64,000 nucleotides of DNA from Dehalococcoidia bacterium (GCA_965242755.1 OZ251500.1:3055415-3119414), one strand, 5' to 3'. Shown: positions 37,680 through 47,381, numbered from the stretch's first letter. Numbers and translations: made by a program. Notes: generated by a model from the sequence alone, not told the origin.

Positions 37680-40106
37680 TTATCTCACGGCCAAGTGTAG
37701 CCATTCACTCTGGTACCGCTGCAACTCAGCGTGAATCTTAGGATTCGAAAATGTCAATTGCGCCCACCTAAACCATTGAGTCCAGTCATTCCGAAGTGAT
37801 GAAGGAATAGACACTATCCCCCAACTGATTCCGAAGCGGTTCATTGTGCTGAAAAAGGTCTGGTAAGGATGCTCAGAAGCCTCCCAATTGGGAAAACTTC
37901 GCGCGGAAAGCAAGTTTCTCACAGCATCGCGGAGAATGTTGCTGTCGCCTGTAGCGATAGCAATTCTTCCCAGTATAGTTCCAAGGGTGTTGAATGCAAA
38001 AGGATGCCTGTGAATCACAAGGGAATGCTCTGCGTATGAGCGTGCTTGCTCATTGTTTCCCACTTTAGATTCGAACAACGCACGCTGTTCCCAGTAACGC
38101 CCATTCCAATCGAAAAGAGGCTGTATGTTGGCGTAGAAATTCCTACCTGGTTCGGCCCCTATCAAACGATGCACTGTTTCTTGGTCCATTAATCTCCTGA
38201 CCAACCGATATGGCCTAGACTGGTTCGTAATCGCGGGAACATCAATATGAGGAGCCAAGCCATGCGCGAGCCGGTAGAGGGCGTCTTCTTTGTCTCCTCG
38301 TGGGATAGCCCATTCAACTGAAGTTGAAGCCGTGATCCGATGTGGAGGATGAACCCCGCTGGTGTCTACAGTGAATATGCTCTGCTCTTGGGCAAGACCC
38401 ACCAGCCTATTCACAGGCAACCCTGCAATTGTCGTAGCGATTCCCAAAGGCAATGAGTAGCCTAGTTCATAAGCAATGCTTGCCGCTGCATAAGTTCTCT
38501 TCGTACGCTCATCCAACTGGTTATAGGTATCCTGTATCTTTTGCCTGAAACCTGCTCCGCCTTCGAGGTTTGCCATGCCCTCAAACAACCGGCGCGAGGC
38601 TGTCTTTCTGAAGTAATCTTGTTGCCGCGCACGGCTTTCGCGTGTAATTTTCCCGAGCCTCCGGCGTGAACTCAATTTGTCAAGAAGAGACTCTATATCC
38701 CGATCGGAGAGGTACTTGTATTCGTAGATGTGCAAGATTTCAGGCTTGATCTCACGCTCAAGGACTTGGCGACGGTTTAACCTTTCGGCTCCGATAGCAA
38801 GCAAGTTAGTATTGCTGGATTCGCACTGAGATACCAGGTCTCTTAGCGAATGCGCAAAGTCTGCGCAATTGTCAAATAGCAAAACCGTCATTGGCGAATG
38901 CATCAACCAATCAATCGCGGCATCCACGTCTAGTGCTTCATCCCCGCGAAATGAAAAAACATGATGCCCTTCGGCGATAAAATACTGAGCAATCCTAAGC
39001 AATCCAGTTGACTTCCCTGATCCAGCATAGCCCGTTAGCATGTGGACTTTCTGTGCGCTATCGTTTGTTCCATGCATTTCTGACCTAATGCTGTTTAGCG
39101 CATTAGCTGTCGCTTCAATACGAGCGTCATCATCCGAGAGTATATCCCCCCAACTAGGCTCATAGCCTGAGTAGAATTTGTCTGAATTAGAAGGGTTGTA
39201 TGTTCTGAGGTCGACGAATTGTTGCAAAAATTTCACTCCCGACAGAGAAAAGGCTCGCGCATACTGTCCTGTGAAATACGCAGGAAACTTTGCGACTTCG
39301 GTTTTCAACGTTTGCATGAACTCATCCGCGTCTGCCTCTATGACAGCTAAACCTAAACGTGTTAGCTCGTCACGCTCGAATGGAGACACGCTTTTCAATA
39401 CTATGACGGAAGGAAATCCCCTGGTCTTATCAGCGGCTGATTGTCGCAGGGCAGGCTCGAGATCAAATTCTGTTTGCAGCGTTGCCCCTATGACAATAAA
39501 CGGCTGTTCTGTGAATTCATCCACGAAAACCGCATGCCAGGCCCGAGGGTCGCGAACATTTGACATATATTCCTGGATAGAGAAGACCAGATCGGATATG
39601 GTATCCTTTCGAGCATAGCCATGCAGGTGTATAATTTGATTGTCGCGACGCCTGTCATCTCGGAATTTGGAAGTGTGGTCGAAACGGTCAATATGGATTC
39701 CGCGGTTATTGTACACGGTTTCAATAACGTCATCGATATTCAGCGTCCACATTCTGCGCCATTGGAAATCGGCCACGATGTCCTGCCAAGCAGGTTTGCA
39801 GCCAGTGAACCAGCGCCCCATGAAACTGGCGATATCCCCAGGGGTGCGCTGAGCGACGTAGCTGTAGGCACGTGGCAAGGTGACCTCCACACGCTCCCCG
39901 CCCACACCCACAGGAACGCCGAACTCAGACACTATTCTGTCCCTGAGTTCGGGCCCGGACGGCAGAGGAACGCCATTTCCCCCCATCGCGCCGACCGAGG
40001 CACCTGCACCAAGGAGCAAGGAGTACTCGCCCCTGGCAACGCCCTCGGCGACTCTCGCCAGCAATTGTCCGCCGATTTGCATACGCTCCACTCCCGTGTC
40101 CTCCAC
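37680..40106 (-). CDS. SIR2-like domain + STAND P-loop NTPase + TPR-like protein (Avs5/Dsr-like defence candidate)
   Basis: LLLGAGAS, TLNID and HLHG (SIR2_2); Walker A GYAGSGKST; Walker B VLLFDN; helical C-terminus; lower GC. Confidence 0.82.
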   Translation of the reverse strand: MEDTGVERMQIGGQLLARVAEGVARGEYSLLLGAGASVGAMGGNGVPLPSGPELRDRIVSEFGVPVGVGGERVEVTLPRAYSYVAQRTPGDIASFMGRWFTGCKPAWQDIVADFQWRRMWTLNIDDVIETVYNNRGIHIDRFDHTSKFRDDRRRDNQIIHLHGYARKDTISDLVFSIQEYMSNVRDPRAWHAVFVDEFTEQPFIVIGATLQTEFDLEPALRQSAADKTRGFPSVIVLKSVSPFERDELTRLGLAVIEADADEFMQTLKTEVAKFPAYFTGQYARAFSLSGVKFLQQFVDLRTYNPSNSDKFYSGYEPSWGDILSDDDARIEATANALNSIRSEMHGTNDSAQKVHMLTGYAGSGKSTGLLRIAQYFIAEGHHVFSFRGDEALDVDAAIDWLMHSPMTVLLFDNCADFAHSLRDLVSQCESSNTNLLAIGAERLNRRQVLEREIKPEILHIYEYKYLSDRDIESLLDKLSSRRRLGKITRESRARQQDYFRKTASRRLFEGMANLEGGAGFRQKIQDTYNQLDERTKRTYAAASIAYELGYSLPLGIATTIAGLPVNRLVGLAQEQSIFTVDTSGVHPPHRITASTSVEWAIPRGDKEDALYRLAHGLAPHIDVPAITNQSRPYRLVRRLMDQETVHRLIGAEPGRNFYANIQPLFDWNGRYWEQRALFESKVGNNEQARSYAEHSLVIHRHPFAFNTLGTILGRIAIATGDSNILRDAVRNLLSARSFPNWEASEHPYQTFFSTMNRFGISWGIVSIPSSLRNDWTQWFRWAQLTFSNPKIHAELQRYQSEWLHLAVR

Positions 40107-40224
40107 TTATAGCACACCATCCCCACCCCGTCAACCCCTCAGATCCCCGCGCCCTACCGCAAACCGCTCGCCTACAGGCCCGGCGCTCTTTCCCCGTCGT
40201 TGTAGCAGCGCGCCGCCCCGGCCC

Positions 40225-41253
40225 TCACGCGCCGCCGCAGCCCTCGTCGGGAGAGTCGGGGCCGTTGGCGCGGTGGCTTTCCACGAAGGATCGCATGGCG
40301 TCGACGTCGCCGGGGGCGGCGGTCGACGTCCAGCCCCACGCGGCGAGGGTGACGACCCCATCGGGGACGGCGGAGTGCGGCTGCATTAGGTAGCAGTCGG
40401 GGTAGCCGTCGAGCCCCTCGACGAAGGCGCGCAGGTCGGCGACGGCGGACTCGTCGGCGAGGGCGTAATTGAAAATGATTGCGCCGTTGCGGAGGTTGCG
40501 GACGACGGCCTCGTTGGGCTGCTGCTCCGTTTGGACGCCCCACGGCGCGCCCTCCGCCCAACTGGGGCCGGAGGTCGGCGGGTTTGTGTCGTATTCGGCG
40601 GTCGCGCCGGGCTCGAGCGCATCGCCGTCCTGAATGGCGAGTTGGGTTCCGGCGCGGAGCGGCGCCGTTCCGGCGCGGGGCTGCGCCTGCTGCATGTCGG
40701 TTGCAGTTGCGCAGCGTTTTCTGTGAAGATCGGTGTAAGCGTCCCGCGTGGCGCCGACGACCACCTGTATGGTCAGCTCAGGCACGCCGATCTCCCGCAA
40801 GAGGCCGGCCATTAGGGTGTAGAATGTCTCGCTCTCCGCGCCCGCAAGGACGGCGCAAGCGATTTCCCGACGAAAGGGATCGTCCGAATTCGCGAGATCC
40901 CCGATCTCCGCCACCAACCTGTTTATTTCCGGTAGCGCCAATTCCATCACAAGAAACGGGTTGTCCCACATCGCCTCGTCTATCGCCGCTATCTCAAGTA
41001 GCACTGCTCGCAGATCAAGGGTCAATATCGTAGGGGTAGCAGTCGGCGCTGCGGTCGGAGTAGCCGTCGGCGTGGGCGTAGGGGTCGCGGTCGGCGTTGG
41101 GCTGGGCGTTGGTATCGGGGTAGACGTGGGCGTAGGAATTGGCGTAGGCGTAGCCGTTGGCGCAGGAGTTGGCGTAGCCCCGGGCCCGCACGCCGCGGCG
41201 AGCGCGACTGCGAACGTAGCGGCGGCGACAACCGCGAGCGCCTTGCAAGCCAT
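40225..41253 (-). CDS. Lipoprotein with Pro/Thr linker and C-terminal DUF3105 domain
   Basis: GGAGG RBS, lipobox LAAAC, (PT)n linker, YDTNPPTSGP...VVRNLRNGAIIFNY...LAAWG. Confidence 0.75.
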   Translation of the reverse strand: MACKALAVVAAATFAVALAAACGPGATPTPAPTATPTPIPTPTSTPIPTPSPTPTATPTPTPTATPTAAPTATPTILTLDLRAVLLEIAAIDEAMWDNPFLVMELALPEINRLVAEIGDLANSDDPFRREIACAVLAGAESETFYTLMAGLLREIGVPELTIQVVVGATRDAYTDLHRKRCATATDMQQAQPRAGTAPLRAGTQLAIQDGDALEPGATAEYDTNPPTSGPSWAEGAPWGVQTEQQPNEAVVRNLRNGAIIFNYALADESAVADLRAFVEGLDGYPDCYLMQPHSAVPDGVVTLAAWGWTSTAAPGDVDAMRSFVESHRANGPDSPDEGCGGA

Positions 41254-41384
41254 TGAACCCTCCTGTGACACGGAGCGAAGGTGCTTGCAACAGGTCTTCT
41301 GCCCGACGTGGACCGACAGGAGGGCGCGCGGCCCTCCGTCCGTGATAAGCGGTCCGTAAGCGTGAGCGGCTAGCAGCCGACCTG

Positions 41385-42053
41385 TTGCGACGACGACTCT
41401 ACCGCAAAGCGGCGTTGGAGGCAAGGGGCGGCGACGGCCCTCCCACGTTCACTGACGTCGTCGTTCTGCTGCATCTCGAAAACGCGCCGTCGCATACGCG
41501 CGGGGGCGACTCGTTCTTTGAGAGCGATGCGCTCGCGGAGGCGGCGGTCGCCGCGTTCGGGCTCGGCTGCGCCGTCGGCGTGGACTTCCCCGCCCGCATC
41601 CTGCCGATCCTGGAGCAGACGCACCCGGGCGAGGTCGAGCGCATCGTCGCGGAGTGCGCGGAGCCGCTGGAGCGGCAGGTCGCCGCGGCGCGCCAAGCGA
41701 CGGAGGCGCTCGCGCCCGAGGACTTCCTCCACGATCTGCTCGAGACGCTGGAGGAGTCCGAGCATGCCGACGCGGAAACCGCGCAGAACGCCGTCAGCAT
41801 GAGTTTCGAGTACGGCCTTCTGCTCGCCAACGCCAGCCGCTCCGCCGCGCTCGTGCTCCGCAACGCGCTCAACCGCGCGACGGCGGACGCGCAGCGCGCC
41901 GCGTCAGGCGACGGCGATAGCGATGATGAGCGCGAGGCGGACTCGATATCCACGCCGTCCGACATGGAAGATGAGCCGCCGTTCGAGTCGCTGCAGGAGC
42001 TCGCCGCGGAGATGGTGAGCGCCTACGAAGCCGACATCGGCTTCGGGGAGTAG
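41385..42053 (+). CDS. Acidic hypothetical protein (copy 2, original 5' end replaced)
   Basis: Near-identical to 36691-37365 from GGDGP onward. Start is uncertain (TTG at 41385 or 41415). Confidence 0.6.
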   Translation: MRRRLYRKAALEARGGDGPPTFTDVVVLLHLENAPSHTRGGDSFFESDALAEAAVAAFGLGCAVGVDFPARILPILEQTHPGEVERIVAECAEPLERQVAAARQATEALAPEDFLHDLLETLEESEHADAETAQNAVSMSFEYGLLLANASRSAALVLRNALNRATADAQRAASGDGDSDDEREADSISTPSDMEDEPPFESLQELAAEMVSAYEADIGFGE

Positions 42054-42245
42054 CGCGCGGGGGCGCCGCTTTGCGCCGACTGGCTTCCCGCGCTACGCGG
42101 GCAGGGCGTGGCAACCCTCACCCGCCGCTACGCGGCTGCCCTCTCCCAGAGGAGAGAGGGCGGGGGCGGCGCTATCGCGCCGCATGGATTCCCGCCTACG
42201 GGGGCAGGGCGGCAGGTTATGCAAAGGTCTCCGCCGGGGAGCGCC

Positions 42246-43799
42246 CTACCCGCCGAACCGCGAGCGCAGGTCGCTCTTCAGAACTTTGCCGAGCGCGTTG
42301 CGCGGCAGTTCCTCTACGAAGAAGACGCGCTCCGGGCGCTTGAATCGCGCGAGCGATTCGCACGCCGCAAGCAGCGATTCCTCATCCGGGGCGCCGTCCG
42401 GCGACGGGACGACGACCGCCGCGACGGTCTCGCCCCATGTCTCGTCGGGGAGGCCGATGACGGCGCACTCCTCGACGCCCGGGCAAGCGTGGAGCAGCTG
42501 CTCAACCTCCTCCGGCGCGACCATTTCGCCGCCGCGCTTGATGAAGTCCTTGGCGCGCCCCGAGAGGTAGATGTAGCCGTCCTCGTCCTTATAGCCGAGG
42601 TCGCCGGTGTAGAGCCATCCGCCGCGCGCGGCCTCCGCCGTCGCCTCGGGCTGCCCCCAGTAGCCGCGCATCACCCGCGCGCCGCGCGCCGCGATCTCGC
42701 CCTGCTCGCCGACGTCCGCCTCGCTCCCGTCCTCGCGGACGACGCGCACCTCGACGTCGGGCAGCGGCTTGCCGATGCTCGTCAAGCGTCGGCGGCGCTT
42801 CGCCGAAAGTTCCGGCGGGCCGCTCAGGTCGTGGTCCTCCGGCGGAACCATCGCGATCGTGGAGCCCGTTTCCGTCTGCCCGAAGGCGTTGATGAACTGG
42901 ACGCCGGGCAGCCGCGCGACAGCCCGCTCAATCAGCGGAGGCGGCATCGGGGCGCCGCCGTAGGTGAGCACGCGCAACGCCGAGAGGTCGGCGCCGGGGA
43001 ACGCCGGATGATCGAGCAATTGCTTGAGCATCGTAGGCACGAGGAGCGCCCGCGCGATCCGGTGGCGCTCCGCCAGCGCAAGCCATTCGCCCGGCTCGAA
43101 CTGCCGCTGCAGAACGATGATGCGCCCGCCGTAGACGCCCGCGAGCGCGGCCTGCAGCCCCGCGACGTGGTAGAGCGGCAGCGTCAGCAGCGTCCGCTCC
43201 TCGACGTCCGGGTCGGGCGGCTCGACGTTGGCGAGCATAAACGAGGTGAAACTCTCGTGCGAGAGCATCACGGCTTTCGGCTGCCCGGTCGTGCCCGCGG
43301 TGAAGAGGAGCGCGGCGACGTCCTCCGGCGCTCCTTGCGGAAAGATCGCTTCCTCCGCGCCGCCCTCGGCGATCAGCGATTCGTAGGCGCGCCAGCCGTC
43401 GGGCGGCTCGCCGCCGTCAACGGCGAACACGGAGGCGGACGCCGCGTCGCCGCGCAAGCCCTCGATGATGGGCGCGTAGCGCTCGCCGGCGATGACGGCT
43501 TTCGGCGCGGCGCTCCGCAGCGGATAGCCGATCTCCTCGCCGCGTCCGCGAAAGTTCAGCGGCGCGTAGACGGCGTCCAGCCTCGCGGCGGCGAAGTACG
43601 CCTCGAAGTGCAACGGCGCGTTCACGTCCATCACGGCCACGCGGTCGCCGGGGCCGACGCCGCAGTCTGCGAGCGCGTTGGCGAGGCGGTTGGCGCGGTC
43701 GGCGAGTTGCGCGTAGGTCAGCGCGGCGCCGTCCGCGACGACGGCGGGGCGGTCGGGCGCGATGGCGGCGGCGATGGCGAGCAGGTCATGCGTATGCAG
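42246..43799 (-). CDS. Long-chain acyl-CoA synthetase (AMP-binding), probable CTG start
   Basis: FTAGTTGQPK, FGQTE, YTGDLG and PRNALGK. The frame stays open upstream of the ORF-track start up to CTG-CAT-ACG, which has GGAGG 6 nt upstream. Confidence 0.88.
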   Translation of the reverse strand: MHTHDLLAIAAAIAPDRPAVVADGAALTYAQLADRANRLANALADCGVGPGDRVAVMDVNAPLHFEAYFAAARLDAVYAPLNFRGRGEEIGYPLRSAAPKAVIAGERYAPIIEGLRGDAASASVFAVDGGEPPDGWRAYESLIAEGGAEEAIFPQGAPEDVAALLFTAGTTGQPKAVMLSHESFTSFMLANVEPPDPDVEERTLLTLPLYHVAGLQAALAGVYGGRIIVLQRQFEPGEWLALAERHRIARALLVPTMLKQLLDHPAFPGADLSALRVLTYGGAPMPPPLIERAVARLPGVQFINAFGQTETGSTIAMVPPEDHDLSGPPELSAKRRRRLTSIGKPLPDVEVRVVREDGSEADVGEQGEIAARGARVMRGYWGQPEATAEAARGGWLYTGDLGYKDEDGYIYLSGRAKDFIKRGGEMVAPEEVEQLLHACPGVEECAVIGLPDETWGETVAAVVVPSPDGAPDEESLLAACESLARFKRPERVFFVEELPRNALGKVLKSDLRSRFGG

Positions 43800-43834
43800 G
43801 GGCGGCCTCCGGAGAGCGGCGTTCGCCTGGAATT

Positions 43835-44551
43835 CTAGCCTAGCCGAGCGGCGAGCCGCCGTTCAAGCCGCAGCCCATTGGCGAGCGCCATTTCCGCGCC
43901 CTCGTTGACGGCGCGCTTGACGAGCGCGAGCGCCTCCGGCGGCGCCGACGCGATGGCGCGGAGACATGCCTCGGCCTCTTGCTGCAGACGCTCGAGGGGC
44001 GCGATCCAGCCGACGAATCCGATCCGGTGCGCCTCCTGCGCGGAGACGCGCCTGCCGGTGAGCGCCGCCTCCATCGCGCGGGGCAAGCCGATGATGCGGG
44101 AGAGCGTTTGCGTTCCGCCCGCCGCCGGAATGAGGCCAAGCGACGCCTCCGGCAAGGCGAAGGCCGCGTCGGGCGATGCGATGCGGAAGTCGCAGAGCGC
44201 CGCGATCTCGACCCCGGAGCCGAAGCAGACTCCATGCGCCGCCGCCATCGTCGGCTTCGGCAAGTCCAGCAACGCGCCCCAGAGGTCGCGCGCCCACCTC
44301 GCGCGGCGGGCGGCGGCCTGCGACGGCGCGGCGCCGAACTCCGCGAGGTCGGCCCCGGCGCAGAAGCCGCGCTCCCCCGCGCCTGCGACGAGCAGCCCGC
44401 GAACGTCCGGGTCGTCCCGCGCCGCCGTCAGCGCCTCCCAGAACTCGTCGCGCATCCGCAAGTTAAAGGCGTTGACCGCCTCAGGGCGGTTCAGCGTGAC
44501 CGCGGCCACGCCGTCCCGTTTCTCATAGCGCAGCGCGAGGAAGCCGCTCAT
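43835..44551 (-). CDS. Enoyl-CoA hydratase/isomerase family protein
   Basis: LNRPEAVNA, FCAGADL and PEASLGLIPAAGGTQ. Confidence 0.9.
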   Translation of the reverse strand: MSGFLALRYEKRDGVAAVTLNRPEAVNAFNLRMRDEFWEALTAARDDPDVRGLLVAGAGERGFCAGADLAEFGAAPSQAAARRARWARDLWGALLDLPKPTMAAAHGVCFGSGVEIAALCDFRIASPDAAFALPEASLGLIPAAGGTQTLSRIIGLPRAMEAALTGRRVSAQEAHRIGFVGWIAPLERLQQEAEACLRAIASAPPEALALVKRAVNEGAEMALANGLRLERRLAARLG

Positions 44552-45237
44552 CGCCCCTCGAATCGCGGCGCGCGCCGCTCGAGGAAACTGCGGACGCCCT
44601 CGGCGCGGTCGGCGGTCGAGTGCAGCAGCACGCTCAGGTCGGCCTCGAGGCGGAGGCCGTCGCGCAGCGGAATGTCGGCGGACGCGGCGACGGCCTCTTT
44701 CACGCACTGCGCCGCGATGGGGCCCGTGCGGGCGACGGCCTCCGCGGCGCGCTCCGCGTCAGCCTCGCTTTCGCCGGGATGCGCGAGGCCGATGCGGACG
44801 GCTTCGGCGGCGTCCGGCGCGTCGCCCGCGAGCAGCATCCGCATCGCGCGGCCGCGTCCGACGGCGCGGGGAAGCCGCTGCGTTCCGCCATGCCGGGGCG
44901 TCCGCCCGCCGCGCGCCTGCGCCATCCGAAACGCCGCCGCGGGCCCCGCGAAGCGAATATCGGCGGCGAGCGCCAACTCCAGCGCCTCGTCGAAGCACGG
45001 GCCGCCGACCCACGCGACGACGGGAACGCGGAGCGCGGCGAGAGCCTCGACGAGCCCCGCATCCGGATCCGCCCGCAGCGCCGCCCCCGCCGCCTCCCAA
45101 TCGCCGGCGACGAAGAGGACGCGCGCGCCCGGATCGGCGTCGAGTTCGCGGAGGGCGTCCGCAAGCGCGCCGGCGCTCCGCCCGTCGGCAAGCGCAAGCC
45201 TCGCGATTGCGTCTCCTGAGTCGATGAGCATTGGCAT
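44548..45237 (-). CDS. Divergent enoyl-CoA hydratase/isomerase family protein
   Basis: LELALAADIR, GGTQRLPRAVG and EGVRSFLERRAPRF. Confidence 0.82.
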   Translation of the reverse strand: MPMLIDSGDAIARLALADGRSAGALADALRELDADPGARVLFVAGDWEAAGAALRADPDAGLVEALAALRVPVVAWVGGPCFDEALELALAADIRFAGPAAAFRMAQARGGRTPRHGGTQRLPRAVGRGRAMRMLLAGDAPDAAEAVRIGLAHPGESEADAERAAEAVARTGPIAAQCVKEAVAASADIPLRDGLRLEADLSVLLHSTADRAEGVRSFLERRAPRFEGR

Positions 45238-45326
45238 GTCCTTCGGCGGGATTCTAATATGATGGACGCGCCGTTTGCGCCCGATGCGGGCGCTGTGATA
45301 GGATTCACGGAGTTCCCCTACGTCGT

Positions 45327-45569
45327 ATGAGCAACCGTCCATGGTGGGTTTCGGCGGCGCAGTTCACTGGCCTCGGCTGGTACGCGGCGGCGGCGATCCT
45401 TCTGCCGACGCTCGGGGGAGCGTGGCTCGACGGCAGGCTTGGCGCGTCGCCGCTGTTCCTGCTGACGGGTCTCCTGCTGGGGTTGGCCGCCGCGTTCTAC
45501 GGAGCGTACCGTATGGCGGCGGAGTTCCTCGCCGGCGGGAGAAAGGACGGCGAGGACGGCGAAAAATGA
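45327..45569 (+). CDS. atpI: AtpZ/AtpI-family protein
   Basis: Two TM helices, GAWLDGRLG, first gene of the atp operon. Confidence 0.8.
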   Translation: MSNRPWWVSAAQFTGLGWYAAAAILLPTLGGAWLDGRLGASPLFLLTGLLLGLAAAFYGAYRMAAEFLAGGRKDGEDGEK

Positions 45570-45590
45570 GCGGGAGCGACTGAGCGGGAA

Positions 45591-46463
45591 GTGAAAAAGC
45601 GTTTGATACTGCTGGCCGCCGTTGCGATGGCGGTCGCCGGGTTGGGGCTTGGCGCCATCGGCCGGGGCATTCTGCCGACGCCCGAGGTGCATCTCGCGCC
45701 GCAGAAGGTGTTCAGCGTCGGCGGGTTCGCCGTGACGAACACGCTGCTCTCCGCGTGGCTGACGTCGCTCGTGATCGTTCTGCTGTTCGGCTTGGGGACG
45801 CGGCGCATGGCGCTTGTGCCGGGGCGGATGCAGGGCTTCCTGGAGTTTTTCATCGAGGCGCTCTACGGGTTCATTCGCGGCATCGCGGGCGAGCGGTACG
45901 CCAAGCCGTTCTTTCCCATCCTGGCCACGATCTTCATTTTCGTGGCGTTCAACGCATGGATGGCGCTGCTGCCGATCTACCCGAACGTCGGGTTTATGGG
46001 GGAGACGGAGGAGGGGCGCAGGTACGTGGCCACGCACATCTTCCGCAGCGCGGGGACGGACATCAATATGCCGCTCGCGCTGGCGGTCATCTCGTTCCTG
46101 TTCTTCGAGGTCTGGGGGTTCCGGGCGCACAAGGCGGGCTACCTGCGCGAGTTCTTCCGGTTCGGCAACCCGATTCAGACGTTCATCGGCCTGCTGGAGT
46201 TGATCAGCCACTTTATCCGGGTGATCAGTTTCACGTTCCGTCTCTTCGGCAATATGCTGGCCGGGGAGATCGTGCTGTTTATGATGACGTTCCTGACGAT
46301 CTTCATCACGCCCATCGTCTTCTACGGGCTGGAGATCCTGGTGGGCGGCGTGCAGGCGCTGGTCTTTATGGGATTGACGCTCGTGTTCGCGGTGATGGCG
46401 GTCGCCTCGCACGGCGGCCACGAGCAGGAACAAGAGCGCGGAGAGGCGAAAGCGGCGGCGTAG
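45591..46463 (+). CDS. atpB: ATP synthase F0 subunit a
   Basis: SFTFRLFGNMLAGE and VQALVF. Confidence 0.96.
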   Translation: MKKRLILLAAVAMAVAGLGLGAIGRGILPTPEVHLAPQKVFSVGGFAVTNTLLSAWLTSLVIVLLFGLGTRRMALVPGRMQGFLEFFIEALYGFIRGIAGERYAKPFFPILATIFIFVAFNAWMALLPIYPNVGFMGETEEGRRYVATHIFRSAGTDINMPLALAVISFLFFEVWGFRAHKAGYLREFFRFGNPIQTFIGLLELISHFIRVISFTFRLFGNMLAGEIVLFMMTFLTIFITPIVFYGLEILVGGVQALVFMGLTLVFAVMAVASHGGHEQEQERGEAKAAA

Positions 46464-46528
46464 CCGCGTCCGCGCGGCGGGCGCATGCGGCGCATACAAG
46501 AGGAAGGCGCAACCAAGGAGGTTGGACA

Positions 46529-46777
46529 ATGGAAGGAATTACCGCTGACGCGGCAAGGTTTCTCGCCATCGGCTTGGCCGGACTGGGCTTGGCCGGGGTG
46601 GGCATCGGGTTGGGCATCCTGGGCAGCGGCGCGATGAACGCGCTCGGCCGGAACCCGGAGGCCCGCGACGCCATCGCGCCGAATATGATCCTGGCCCTCG
46701 CGTTCACGGAGGCGATCGGCATCTACGCGCTGGTCGTCGCGATCCTGCTCATCTTCGTCGCGTCGCCGTTCGCGTAG
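46529..46777 (+). CDS. atpE: ATP synthase F0 subunit c
   Basis: AGGAGG RBS, GRNPE loop and FTEAIGIY (proton-type; no ES/T sodium signature). Confidence 0.96.
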   Translation: MEGITADAARFLAIGLAGLGLAGVGIGLGILGSGAMNALGRNPEARDAIAPNMILALAFTEAIGIYALVVAILLIFVASPFA

Positions 46778-46823
46778 GCGCGCCGGTCGTGCAGGACATA
46801 CCCAATTCGAGGAGGCGTCCGAC

Positions 46824-47372
46824 GTGCGCGCAGCCCTCTCGCTAGCGGAAGAAGCGCCGACCGGCATCGCCGCGCTGGGCATCGACTGGACGAGTTTGCT
46901 CGTCTACGTCGTGAACTTCGCCATCCTCGGCGTCGTTCTCTACTTCTTCGCCTACAAGCGGATCCTAGGCATGCTCGACGCGCGGTCGAGCCGCATCAGG
47001 GAGAGCCTTGAGGAGGCGGAGCGCGCGCGGAGCGAGTCGCAGGAGCAGCGAGAGGCGATGGAGCGCTCGCTGCAGGAAGGCCGCGAGGCCGGGCAGCAAG
47101 CGCTCGCCGAGGCCCGCGAGGCCGCGGAGCGCTACCGCGAGCAGCAGGCGGAGCAGGCGCGCGCCGAGGCCGCCCAACTGATCGAGCGCGCCCGCGAGGA
47201 GATTCGACAGGAGCGCGAAGCCGCCGTGGAGCAGGTGCGCGCCGAATTCGGCGCGCTCGCGGTGACCGCGGCGGAGCGCATCATCAGGCGGTCGCTCGAT
47301 CCGGACGCGCACCGCGACCTGATAGACGAGGCGCTCGCGGAGCGCGACGCCGCCGCGGGGCGGCGCAACTAG
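46824..47372 (+). CDS. atpF: ATP synthase F0 subunit b
   Basis: TM segment VNFAIL followed by a coiled coil; operon position. Confidence 0.94.
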   Translation: MRAALSLAEEAPTGIAALGIDWTSLLVYVVNFAILGVVLYFFAYKRILGMLDARSSRIRESLEEAERARSESQEQREAMERSLQEGREAGQQALAEAREAAERYREQQAEQARAEAAQLIERAREEIRQEREAAVEQVRAEFGALAVTAAERIIRRSLDPDAHRDLIDEALAERDAAAGRRN

Positions 47373-47381
47373 GAGCGGGCG

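Noticed and set aside
41030-41180. Nucleotide repeat array
   Set aside because: It encodes the Pro/Thr linker of a lipoprotein with degenerate codons, a common feature in this group.
46529-46777. Sodium-translocating ATP synthase
   Set aside because: The c subunit has FTEAIGIY without the Ser/Thr after Glu or the helix-1 Gln/Glu of Na+-binding rings.
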